Translations under genes and position numbers: made by a program
Source: an uncultured Bacteroidales bacterium
GTDB taxonomy: Bacteria > Bacteroidota > Bacteroidia > Bacteroidales > Paludibacteraceae
Length of the DNA: 64,000 nucleotides
NCBI GenBank assembly: GCA_902799705.1
Contig: CADCBP010000002.1
Span: 28,181-92,180 of the forward strand
Reading direction: 5' to 3'
Shown here: positions 17,911 through 25,501 of the stretch, one piece after another
How positions within the stretch are numbered: position 1 is the first letter of the stretch
Layout of the letters: every line of letters begins with the position of its first letter
The notes under the pieces: model-generated
What the model was told of the DNA's origin: nothing
Databases searched by the model: none
What the model saw: only the letters and a program-made list of their open reading frames with translations

Positions 17911-20340
17911 ATGAAAAAGTTATCACTTGCCCTACTATGTATCTTTGCTTTGTCGTTAAGTGCATATGCACAAGACTACTATTGGTACAAAGGAAAACAA
18001 ATACCATTACAACGAGGGAATCAACGTTATATTATATATGAAGGTAATGACGCGAGAGGCTTAGATTCCCTACGCATTATCGAGACTGGAGATGTTTCTA
18101 CATCAAAGAATCAAAACTTAAAATGGGCCGTCGTTGATCAGGAATCAGAAATTATAGCCCCAAATGTTATTTATCAAACACCATCTTTTTATGGTGCAGG
18201 AACAAAACATGACATATTCGTGACCCACAGGTTTAGCGTAAAACTTAAAAGCGATAAGGATTTTGCAATGTTGCAACAATATGCAAACAAATACAATGCA
18301 GAGATAGAGAAAGACAAGTATCTTCCTTTATGGTACATCCTGACCTGTGATTTCAATGCTCCATACAATGCTTTAGATCTTGCGAATATATTTTACGAAA
18401 CAGGTTTATTTGCTATTTCAGAACCAGAGTTTACACATGTTGCTCTATTAGATTGTGTAAACGATTATTATTTCGCTAATCAATGGAATCTGAAAAACAC
18501 CGGACAATATGGGGCTTCATATAGTGGAATTGATATTAATTATTGCGATGCACATGCCATTACCACAGGAGATTCCTCAGTAATCATCGGTGTGTATGAT
18601 TTAGGTGTAGATTTGACTCATCCGGATATTAATCTCTATTCTTTTAGTTATGATGCAAATACCCATTCTTCTCCGAGTACAATTTATACGAGTGCTAACG
18701 GAAACAATTACCATGGTACAGCGTGTGCCGGTATTATTGGGGCAAAGACAAATAATACGATTGGAGATGCCGGCATAGCTCCAGATTGTCCTATCATGTC
18801 AATTAGTTTCTATAACACTACAACTACGAATATTAGGGATGCTTTTATTGTAGCCGCAAATAATGGTTGTTCTGTTATCAGCAACTCTTGGAGTCTTTCT
18901 TCTCCTTTTGCCGAGGTGGATGCTGGAATATCTTATGCTCTGTCGCAAGGAAGAAACGGGAAAGGCTGCGTAGTGGTTTTTTCCGCGGGGAATAACGATA
19001 GAGATAGTGTTAATTATCCTGCTAATTCAAATGATTCGATTCTTGTTGTAGGCGCCATGTCTCCTTGTGGAGAAAGATGCAATCCTAATTCTTGTGATAG
19101 CGAAAACTGGGGCAGCAACTATGGCAACAAGTTAGATGTTGTGGCTCCCGGTGTCAAGATTCGAACTACCGACCTTGTCGGTGAAGCGGGATACACACCA
19201 AGCGACTACATGGCAGCATTTAATGGAACCTCATCGGCGTGCCCACATGCTGCTGGTATAGCCGGACTAATTCTTTCTGTTAATCCATTTTTAACGCAAA
19301 AAGAAGTGGTTGATATTATAGAATCAACAGCACAAAAGGTAGGATCTTATTCATATACTTCACAATCCGGGCGTCTTAATGGAACATGGAACTATCAAAT
19401 GGGATATGGTCTTGTAGATGCCTATGCAGCAGTTCTCGCCGCCAAAAACCGACTGCCTTCCATTGGAGGATTAGATGTTCTTTGTAGTACAGCCATGTAT
19501 GGTATAGATAATATGCCGACTACCGCCACTGTGAATTGGTCATACGAAACGGATATTATCCCGCACCTCTTCTTCCCCGTAATAAACCTATCGAATACAA
19601 CATCAACATATATAACCGTGCAACGAGGAAGTACGTGTTTACCTGCACATTTCAATCCATCATGTTACTATAATGGAACCGTTACCCTCAAGGCAACAAT
19701 TACAGATTCAGGAATAACAAGACTTTGTACAAAAGACATCATTCTGCATGAGGATATTACACCAACTATACCGGCTTCTCAACGAAGAAAAATAAGTTTA
19801 GATGAGACTCGCACATTTTGTATTGATAATTGTACAGATGTTCCCACTAACAAGTTAAAATGGGTAATAACATTGCCTTCCGCAACAAGTTCGACTACCT
19901 ACTATGGACGTTGTTGGAGTATTACGACAGGATTTTTTATTGTTCAACAGGGGACAATGAATATAAAGCTGTATAACTTGGAAAACTGCGACCCTACATT
20001 ATATACTGACTACAACATCACGATAAGCTATCTTATTCCCGATCCGTTGCTGTCATTCGCAAATCCTGTTACAACCGGCACAGTTGAAATAAACGTGACA
20101 GACAGGAATTATGCACAACGAGACGGAGATGCAGAAGTAGAGAAACGCGAAGATATTGATTACACCTTGGAACTCTGGTCTGAGAATTCCAGGACTGTCC
20201 GTACTGTCAACGGTACGCTTAAAGGAGAGAAGGATGTCGTTACAATGGATGTAAGCAATCTCCCGAACGGTATCTATTTCCTCACCATGAAAGTTAATAA
20301 TGAGATATTAACTACAGAAAAAATGATAATTATTCACTAA
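17911..20340 (+). CDS. subtilisin-like serine protease (peptidase S8) with a T9SS C-terminal sorting domain
   Basis: 809 aa with a signal peptide. Catalytic triad contexts VIIGVYDLGVDLTHPDI (Asp), HGTACAGIIGA (His) and GTSSACPHAAGIAGLILS (Ser). CTD tail VSNLPNGIYFLTMKVNNEILTTEKMIIIH. Confidence 0.88.
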   Translation: MKKLSLALLCIFALSLSAYAQDYYWYKGKQIPLQRGNQRYIIYEGNDARGLDSLRIIETGDVSTSKNQNLKWAVVDQESEIIAPNVIYQTPSFYGAGTKHDIFVTHRFSVKLKSDKDFAMLQQYANKYNAEIEKDKYLPLWYILTCDFNAPYNALDLANIFYETGLFAISEPEFTHVALLDCVNDYYFANQWNLKNTGQYGASYSGIDINYCDAHAITTGDSSVIIGVYDLGVDLTHPDINLYSFSYDANTHSSPSTIYTSANGNNYHGTACAGIIGAKTNNTIGDAGIAPDCPIMSISFYNTTTTNIRDAFIVAANNGCSVISNSWSLSSPFAEVDAGISYALSQGRNGKGCVVVFSAGNNDRDSVNYPANSNDSILVVGAMSPCGERCNPNSCDSENWGSNYGNKLDVVAPGVKIRTTDLVGEAGYTPSDYMAAFNGTSSACPHAAGIAGLILSVNPFLTQKEVVDIIESTAQKVGSYSYTSQSGRLNGTWNYQMGYGLVDAYAAVLAAKNRLPSIGGLDVLCSTAMYGIDNMPTTATVNWSYETDIIPHLFFPVINLSNTTSTYITVQRGSTCLPAHFNPSCYYNGTVTLKATITDSGITRLCTKDIILHEDITPTIPASQRRKISLDETRTFCIDNCTDVPTNKLKWVITLPSATSSTTYYGRCWSITTGFFIVQQGTMNIKLYNLENCDPTLYTDYNITISYLIPDPLLSFANPVTTGTVEINVTDRNYAQRDGDAEVEKREDIDYTLELWSENSRTVRTVNGTLKGEKDVVTMDVSNLPNGIYFLTMKVNNEILTTEKMIIIH

Positions 20341-20377
20341 TTTCCTTCATAAATTTGCATATTTTAAAAATTCATAT

Positions 20378-20385
20378 TAATTTTG
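20378..20385 (+). promoter_or_regulatory. -7 box TAATTTTG just upstream of the OMP gene
   Basis: atTAATTTTGcagg lies 9 nt before the ATG at 20394, which implies a very short leader. Confidence 0.4.
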
Positions 20386-20393
20386 CAGGCGAA

Positions 20394-21287
20394 ATGGTAA
20401 GTATAAAGAAGTACATATTAATCTCTCTTGTGGCTATATTGCCGGCGCTGCCGCTTATGGCGCAGACTTCTACGTTCGCGGTCGGCGTTCGAGGGGGCGG
20501 GATGATGTGGCTTCCTGAAGTTGTTTCTCAAGGTAGGAATGCTGCAAGTAGAATCGGAGGCGAAGGTATCGTAGAGTTCCGATACACGTTTTATGGTCAT
20601 GTGGGACTCAAAACCGGACTTGGAATAACTGCCGGTATAGATGCCGGATACAGTACTTCCGGATTCTACGGAACACATGATGTGTTATACTTGTGGGATG
20701 GGGTAATACATGGTTTATATCGCGACGCGGTAGATTACACACAAACGGAACAGTATATGCGTACGGATATTTCGTTGATGATGGCACTTCATGCCGGGGG
20801 CTTTGTGCTGAATGTAGGTCCCAGGTTCATGATGCCTTTCTTCGGAACGGAAAACACCAGTGCAAAATCGAATAATGATGCAGTATATGTTGAGCCATAT
20901 TTAAATGAGACAAGTCCGGCAGTACTGCCGTTATGTAATCTGTTGATGGGCATAGAAGCCGGTTGGGAGTTTCCTCTTAGTGCAGGTGCCTTGGGCCTTC
21001 AGGCATACGCAGACATAGGAGTTTGGAATAATCAAAAATATATTCCGCATGTTGAACCTCATGACGGGTATCAGCTGCCTGATGCTTTGGTAATTACGGA
21101 AGATGGGACTGTCGGCATCCCCAGAAGTACCATACGTAGTGCTAATGGTGTATTCCGGGAGCGGCGGATCGTGGATTTTGGTATCCGATTATATTATTCT
21201 TTCGGCTCATATTCTTTTGTGGGCAGAAAACGTCCCAGCCCGCCATGGGACACACGACTGCACCATAACAGAATGGGAAGTCGATAA
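20394..21287 (+). CDS. outer-membrane beta-barrel protein (porin-family-like)
   Basis: Signal peptide MVSIKKYILISLVAILPALPLMAQ, followed by alternating Gly/aromatic beta-strand pattern (FAVGVRGGG, GLGITAGIDAGYS, FGIRLYYSF). The start was trimmed from the 20355 TTG ORF. Confidence 0.55.
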   Translation: MVSIKKYILISLVAILPALPLMAQTSTFAVGVRGGGMMWLPEVVSQGRNAASRIGGEGIVEFRYTFYGHVGLKTGLGITAGIDAGYSTSGFYGTHDVLYLWDGVIHGLYRDAVDYTQTEQYMRTDISLMMALHAGGFVLNVGPRFMMPFFGTENTSAKSNNDAVYVEPYLNETSPAVLPLCNLLMGIEAGWEFPLSAGALGLQAYADIGVWNNQKYIPHVEPHDGYQLPDALVITEDGTVGIPRSTIRSANGVFRERRIVDFGIRLYYSFGSYSFVGRKRPSPPWDTRLHHNRMGSR

Positions 21288-21324
21288 ACAGAGGTAGAAG
21301 AAACTCATAAAAATTCCGAAAAAA

Positions 21325-21357
21325 TCCCACATAAATTTGCATATGTGGGATTTTTTG
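21325..21357 (+). terminator. rho-independent terminator
   Basis: TCCCACATAaatttgcaTATGTGGGAtttttt read directly: a 9-bp stem plus a T-run. Confidence 0.8.
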
Positions 21358-21424
21358 TGTACGACACGCATAACAAAATCATAAAAAAGTTTTAAAAATA
21401 CTTGCGTATATCAACAAAAATGTA

Positions 21425-21432
21425 TATCTTTG
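21425..21432 (+). promoter_or_regulatory. -7 box TATCTTTG upstream of abiEi
   Basis: gtaTATCTTTGcagc lies 22 nt before the ATG at 21454. Confidence 0.5.
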
Positions 21433-21453
21433 CAGCGAATTTGAAACAATGTT

Positions 21454-22212
21454 ATGAATTTGTTACCAATTTTACACCAGAAACTCCTATTCACGACAGA
21501 GGATATTGCTCGGGAAATTGGAAATTCGCAAAGTGCGGCTACTATGCTTTGGCGCTACCAGCGTCAAGGCTATATTTCACAAGTGCGGCGTGGATTATAT
21601 TGTGTAAACAATATGGCAACGCAACAGCCGGAAGCCAATAAATTTCAGATAGCCTCTGCGATCACACCAACTTCTTATGTTGCCTACCATGCTGCAATGG
21701 AGTACCATGGGTTGGCCCATCAGGTGTATTATGATGTAGTGGTCGGGACCAAGCAAACATTCAAGGCATTCGAATTCGATAATTATCGCTATGCGCCACA
21801 CCGCTCAGCATGCTCGCTTGAGATAGAAACACCCATAGCAGATACGCACATTCGCGTAACAAGTGTTGAACGAACTATTCTTGATTGTATTGACCGCATC
21901 GACTTGTGTGGCGGATGGGAAGAATTGGTCAACTGCTTGCGAAGCGTAACATACCTGCGGGAAGAGCGGTTGAAATCTACCTTAGAAGCCTATAGCAAAA
22001 CGGCGCTTTACAAAAAGGTTGGCTTCCTGTTTGAGCAACTACAAGTGCCGGCTTCGCAGAATTTTATAGCCGATTGCCGCAAATACGCCAAAGATAGTGT
22101 TATGTACCTAACCTCCGATGGTACAAGCGATACCTTCTATGCTTCGTGGCGGTTATACGCACCTCACAATTTATTAACTATCAATAATCAAAATGCCGAT
22201 GAACTCGTATAA
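21454..22212 (+). CDS. abiEi: AbiEi-family type IV toxin-antitoxin antitoxin / transcriptional regulator
   Basis: 252 aa. N-terminal wHTH FTTEDIAREIGNSQSAATMLWRYQRQGYISQVRRGLY and C-terminal ERTILDCIDR..GGWEEL, typical of AbiEi_4-type antitoxins. Confidence 0.75.
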   Translation: MNLLPILHQKLLFTTEDIAREIGNSQSAATMLWRYQRQGYISQVRRGLYCVNNMATQQPEANKFQIASAITPTSYVAYHAAMEYHGLAHQVYYDVVVGTKQTFKAFEFDNYRYAPHRSACSLEIETPIADTHIRVTSVERTILDCIDRIDLCGGWEELVNCLRSVTYLREERLKSTLEAYSKTALYKKVGFLFEQLQVPASQNFIADCRKYAKDSVMYLTSDGTSDTFYASWRLYAPHNLLTINNQNADELV

Positions 22213-22315
22213 CAAAAACGACTTGTCTCAATTAGCTACACAAACTCTTTTCCTTCGCGATAATTTGGAAAAAGTGTTGCGATTAACTGACATCCGATGG
22301 CATATTGGAAAATGA
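22193..22315 (+). pseudogene. abiEii: truncated AbiEii (nucleotidyltransferase toxin) N-terminal stub, 40 codons
   Basis: The ATG overlaps the abiEi 3' end by 20 nt, as in intact abiE operons. It translates to MPMNSYNKNDLSQLATQTLFLRDNLEKVLRLTDIRWHIGK then stops. AbiEii toxins are several-fold longer, and no continuation is seen in any frame. Confidence 0.45.
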
Positions 22316-22352
22316 GATACTAATACAAAATCTACTGGTTCTACTTAGTTCA

Positions 22353-22387
22353 CCGACAGTGAGCCGACGGTCAGCCGACGGTCAAGG
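22353..22387. repeat. 11-nt-period tandem repeat (CCGACnGTnAn x3)
   Basis: ccgacagtgag ccgacggtcag ccgacggtcaagg read directly. It is 30/35 identical to 51415-51449 inside ileS by my manual alignment. Confidence 0.85.
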
Positions 22388-22443
22388 CTAAGGTAAGGCT
22401 CCTGTAAAACCAAAAAAAAGACCAAAAATCGCATAAAATATAC

Positions 22444-22469
22444 TATATTATATATTTATATATAATATA
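22444..22469. promoter_or_regulatory. perfect 12-bp inverted repeat with 2-nt spacer (candidate operator) upstream of an orphan ORF
   Basis: TATATTATATAT tt ATATATAATATA read directly, ending 20 nt upstream of the ATG at 22489. Confidence 0.4.
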
Positions 22470-22488
22470 CAATTTAACACACTTTTTT

Positions 22489-22839
22489 ATGGCAAAAATA
22501 GAAACTACATCCGCTATCAATCAGATTCATGGCAAAACAAATGGCAGAGACAGAGGCTATTTCTACATGCGTAACGGCAAACAATTTTACCGTGATCGTG
22601 ATGAAACCTATCAACAAAATCAGTCTCCGCGACAAAAATGGAACTCTGCTGCCTTCGCATACGCAAATAAAATTACGAATAAACTCTTTTCCTCTCCGGA
22701 ATCTGTAACTCAATTGAACGAAGAATACGAGGCCTCCAAACACATTGCTTCCAACGGGAAGGTGTATTCCACTCCTCGAGCATGGAAATTTAATTCTCTT
22801 CTCCACGAATATAAACTTGCTCATCCGTTCAAAGGGTAA
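22489..22839 (+). CDS. small basic hypothetical protein
   Basis: 116 aa, MAKIETTSAINQIHGKTNGRDRGYFYMRNGKQFYRDRDETYQQNQSPRQKW... It is more protein-like than the overlapping minus-strand ORF 22474-22893. No family was recognised with confidence. Confidence 0.4.
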   Translation: MAKIETTSAINQIHGKTNGRDRGYFYMRNGKQFYRDRDETYQQNQSPRQKWNSAAFAYANKITNKLFSSPESVTQLNEEYEASKHIASNGKVYSTPRAWKFNSLLHEYKLAHPFKG

Positions 22840-22909
22840 TGGACGAATTAAATCGGCATAATTTTTGTAGGGGAAGAAGGTAAGTATAAACACTCAAAAA
22901 CAGGAAGGT

Positions 22910-23458
22910 ATGAAAAAAGTATTATGGTTGATGGTATGCGCGGGGATGATGATGGTATGCGTTGTAATGATGGTGTCATGCGGTGCATCGCGGTTGAGTC
23001 CCGAAGAGCGGGCGGCACGGAAAGCTGCTATTGAAGAAAATGCGAAGAAAGCCATTGCGGATCAGAACTTCCGCATCAACCTGACGATGGTCCGTCCTCT
23101 GTTTGGTCAGAACCTGACGGTTTCCGGTTACTGGATCAAAGTGGACACGACGCATGTACAATGCTACCTGCCTAAGATCTATCCGGACTATAACCCGCAT
23201 TTTGATGCGCCTGCTCCAGGAGAGAAATACAATGACATGCGTCTGGAGTTCACATCACCGATAGACGAATATCTATACACCTTCAATCCGGAGACCAATG
23301 TCGGGCTCATTACGTTTAAGACACTGTATGGCGGCGACGAGTACCGTTTCTACATCCAGATCGAGAACGTCGATGAGGCACGTGTGCGTATCCTTCCGGG
23401 TGACCGGAACGAGGTGTCCTGCGAGGGGACGATTACGCCTATCGGCGAGAGGTGGTAA
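22910..23458 (+). CDS. lipoprotein, DUF4251-like
   Basis: 182 aa. Lipobox MMVSCGAS, followed by NFRINLTMVRPLFGQNLTVSGYWIKVDTTHVQCYLP. The two-lobed layout is recalled for DUF4251 and was not aligned. Confidence 0.5.
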   Translation: MKKVLWLMVCAGMMMVCVVMMVSCGASRLSPEERAARKAAIEENAKKAIADQNFRINLTMVRPLFGQNLTVSGYWIKVDTTHVQCYLPKIYPDYNPHFDAPAPGEKYNDMRLEFTSPIDEYLYTFNPETNVGLITFKTLYGGDEYRFYIQIENVDEARVRILPGDRNEVSCEGTITPIGERW

Positions 23459-23461
23459 GAG

Positions 23462-23709
23462 GTGCAATTTTTGTAGTACCTTCGGTCCTCCCGCAAGCGG
23501 GACCCACCGAAAGTACGTTCGCGTTCTGCGGAAAATATGCAAGGGTAAAGCGTTAAATTTTAGCAGGGCTGCGCCCTCTGTTCCGTGCCCGTTTATACCC
23601 TTCGTGTGCAAGCACCCGAGCGCATAATCGTACACGAAACAATAGAATAAAATTCTATTTTGCTACAATTTTTCGCTCTAAAACTTGCGTATGTGCAATT
23701 TTTGTAGTA
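23462..23709. repeat. 17-nt perfect direct repeat (GTGCAATTTTTGTAGTA) at 23462-23478 and 23693-23709 flanking a GC-rich structured segment
   Basis: Both copies were read directly. The second copy runs into the TAATTTTG -7 box of the CNNM gene. The interior contains hairpins (GTACCTTCGGT..ACCGAAAGTAC; AATAGAATaaaATTCTATTtt). Confidence 0.8.
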
Positions 23710-23715
23710 ATTTTG
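23708..23715 (+). promoter_or_regulatory. -7 box TAATTTTG upstream of the CNNM-family gene
   Basis: gtagTAATTTTGcagcc lies 37 nt upstream of the ATG at 23752. Confidence 0.5.
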
Positions 23716-23751
23716 CAGCCGATTTGAAAAATAGGGCTTTGGGCTCGCTAT

Positions 23752-24885
23752 ATGGGATTACTTTTATTGTTTTTAATTGGCGCGTTGGCCATCAGTTTTT
23801 TGTGCTCTGTTCTGGAGTCGGTACTGATGTCCACCTCCATCAGTTATATTAATCTGCGTGAAGAGGAGGGCTATGCGCCTGCGAAGTTGATGAGCAGTTA
23901 CAAGGAGGACACGAGTCGTCCTCTGGCTGCTATATTGTCTCTGAACACAATCGCCAACACGATCGGAGCCGCAGGTGTGGGTGCGCAAGCGACCCTTCTA
24001 TTCGGCTCTAAATGGTTCGGCTTGGTATCCGCGTTGACCACCATCCTCATTCTTTTCTTCGGAGAGATCATCCCGAAAGTGATCGGCACGACCTACTGGC
24101 GCGAGTTGATGGGCATCACCGCGCGTATCATCCGTATTCTGATCTTCGTCCTTTATCCGCTTGTACTCCTTGTGGAATTCATCTCCCGCATGGTTCCGAA
24201 CAACGAAGACGATCCGTCCGTGAGCCGCGAGGAAGTGCTGGCGATGGTGAATGTAGGCGAAGAAGAAGGCGTGGTGGATGAGGACGAGAACAAGATCTTC
24301 ACCAACCTCATGCGTCTCGATTCGATCCATGCGTACGATGTGATGACCCCCCGCGTGGTGGCGAAGATAGCTCCGGAAAACATGACGCTGCGGGCGTATT
24401 ACGACAACGACGAGTATGACCATTTCTCGCGTATCCCGCTGTACAAGCCCGAGGCGCCGGAGTATATCACCGGCTATGTGCTGCGCAACGATGCCTTGGA
24501 GGAACTGACGGAGGACCATTTCCGCAAGACCCTCGGAGGCATCAAACGTCCGCTGCCTGCCTTTGACCAGGACCTGACGCTCGGTGTGATCTTCGACTCG
24601 ATGCTTAAGCAGAAGAGCCAGATTGCCCAGATCATCGACGAATACGGCATGTTCGTGGGTATCCTGACGCTCGAAGATATCATCGAGACGATCTTCGGGC
24701 TGGAGATCATCGACGAGAACGACACAGTCATCGACATGCAGCAGTACGCGCGTGAGCGCTGGGAACAACGGCAGAAGAAATACAGGAAAGTTGAAAAGCC
24801 TACCCCGACCCTCCCCGAAGGGAAGGAGAATGAGCATGAGGAAGAAGAGCGACATACAGATACTGAACAAAAAAGCGAAGTTTGA
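23752..24885 (+). CDS. CNNM/HlyC-CorC family transporter (DUF21 membrane domain + CBS pair)
   Basis: 377 aa. The DUF21-type N-terminus has 4 TM helices (LESVLMSTS..., [19 protein letters not shown]), followed by CBS-pair-like repeats and an acidic tail. Confidence 0.8.
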   Translation: MGLLLLFLIGALAISFLCSVLESVLMSTSISYINLREEEGYAPAKLMSSYKEDTSRPLAAILSLNTIANTIGAAGVGAQATLLFGSKWFGLVSALTTILILFFGEIIPKVIGTTYWRELMGITARIIRILIFVLYPLVLLVEFISRMVPNNEDDPSVSREEVLAMVNVGEEEGVVDEDENKIFTNLMRLDSIHAYDVMTPRVVAKIAPENMTLRAYYDNDEYDHFSRIPLYKPEAPEYITGYVLRNDALEELTEDHFRKTLGGIKRPLPAFDQDLTLGVIFDSMLKQKSQIAQIIDEYGMFVGILTLEDIIETIFGLEIIDENDTVIDMQQYARERWEQRQKKYRKVEKPTPTLPEGKENEHEEEERHTDTEQKSEV

Positions 24886-25303
24886 GTATATCATCCTCGA
24901 CCGCTATACCGCCGGCATCCAGCTCTTCGGCACGGAGATCAAGTCGATCCGCGAAGGGAAGGCATCGCTGGTGGACAGTTATTGTGCGGTGGAGCACGGT
25001 GAGCTATACGTCAAGCAGATGCATATCGCGGAGTACCGTTTCGGCAGTTATGCCAACCATGAGGTGCGTCGCGACCGCAAACTGCTGTTGCAGCGCCGCG
25101 AGATCAACAAACTCGAGAAAGCCACAAAGGACAACGGCAAGACCATCATTCCGCTGCGCCTGTTTATCAACGAGCGGGGATTGGCGAAGATGGAGATCGC
25201 GCTGTGCCAGGGCCAGCGTACCTACGACAAGCGGCAGAGCCTGCGCGAGGCGGATGACAAACGGGAGATGGCGCAGGTTAAGAAACTGGCACAGTTTCGT
25301 TGA
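24836..25303 (+). CDS. smpB: SsrA-binding protein SmpB
   Basis: [50 protein letters not shown]...[10 protein letters not shown] matches the SmpB pattern. The start was chosen at an internal Met of the 24752 ORF and overlaps the upstream gene by about 50 nt. Confidence 0.88.
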   Translation: MRKKSDIQILNKKAKFEYIILDRYTAGIQLFGTEIKSIREGKASLVDSYCAVEHGELYVKQMHIAEYRFGSYANHEVRRDRKLLLQRREINKLEKATKDNGKTIIPLRLFINERGLAKMEIALCQGQRTYDKRQSLREADDKREMAQVKKLAQFR

Positions 25304-25333
25304 TGTTGATAAGAAAATAAACATAGATAAACA

Positions 25334-25455
25334 CTTTTAAATGCTTTAAAGCTTTGCTTTTTGTGTACTTTGGTGCTAAAAACTCCTCGTGAGTAAACTC
25401 CCGGATAGTTTTTATCCCCAAAGCCCACGCCCCGGAGGGGTAAAGCATTTAAAAG
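25334..25455. repeat. 15-bp perfect inverted repeat (CTTTTAAATGCTTTA / TAAAGCATTTAAAAG) separated by 92 nt
   Basis: The arms at 25334-25348 and 25441-25455 were read directly, in the smpB-gpmI intergenic region. Confidence 0.8.
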
Positions 25456-25501
25456 CAATAAACAGAAATAAATTTTTATCAGACACTAATAATATTATAA
25501 T

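Larger units (their letters stand above)
11749..22900. other. AT-rich accessory islet (no integrase or transposase seen)
   Basis: The composition shift is visible by eye. Spot counts of single 60-nt lines give 19/60 G+C at 12301-12360 versus 38/60 at 9001-9060. The gene content is non-housekeeping (regulator, secreted proteins, defence-like genes, TA remnant) and is flanked by core genes. Confidence 0.6.

Noticed and set aside
22474-22893. A 139-aa minus-strand ORF overlapping the 116-aa + strand ORF
   Set aside because: The product is Phe/Ile/Cys-rich with no start context. The + strand ORF has a palindrome and AT-rich promoter region upstream and a more protein-like composition. Neither has been verified, so confidence in the + call is only moderate.
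11749-22900. Calling the AT-rich islet an integrative mobile element, ICE or prophage
   Set aside because: I could recognise no integrase, transposase, relaxase, phage structural gene, tRNA target or flanking direct repeat. It is therefore reported only as a compositional or accessory islet.
23998-24894. A 298-aa minus-strand ORF antisense to the CNNM/CBS transporter and the smpB start
   Set aside because: The sense strand gives a clean DUF21 TM domain plus CBS pair and SmpB. The antisense product is Arg/His/Asp-rich junk.
25222-25458. A 78-aa minus-strand ORF across the smpB-gpmI intergenic inverted repeat
   Set aside because: It overlaps the smpB 3' end antisense and is made up largely of the palindromic element. 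This more likely reflects the repeat than a gene.
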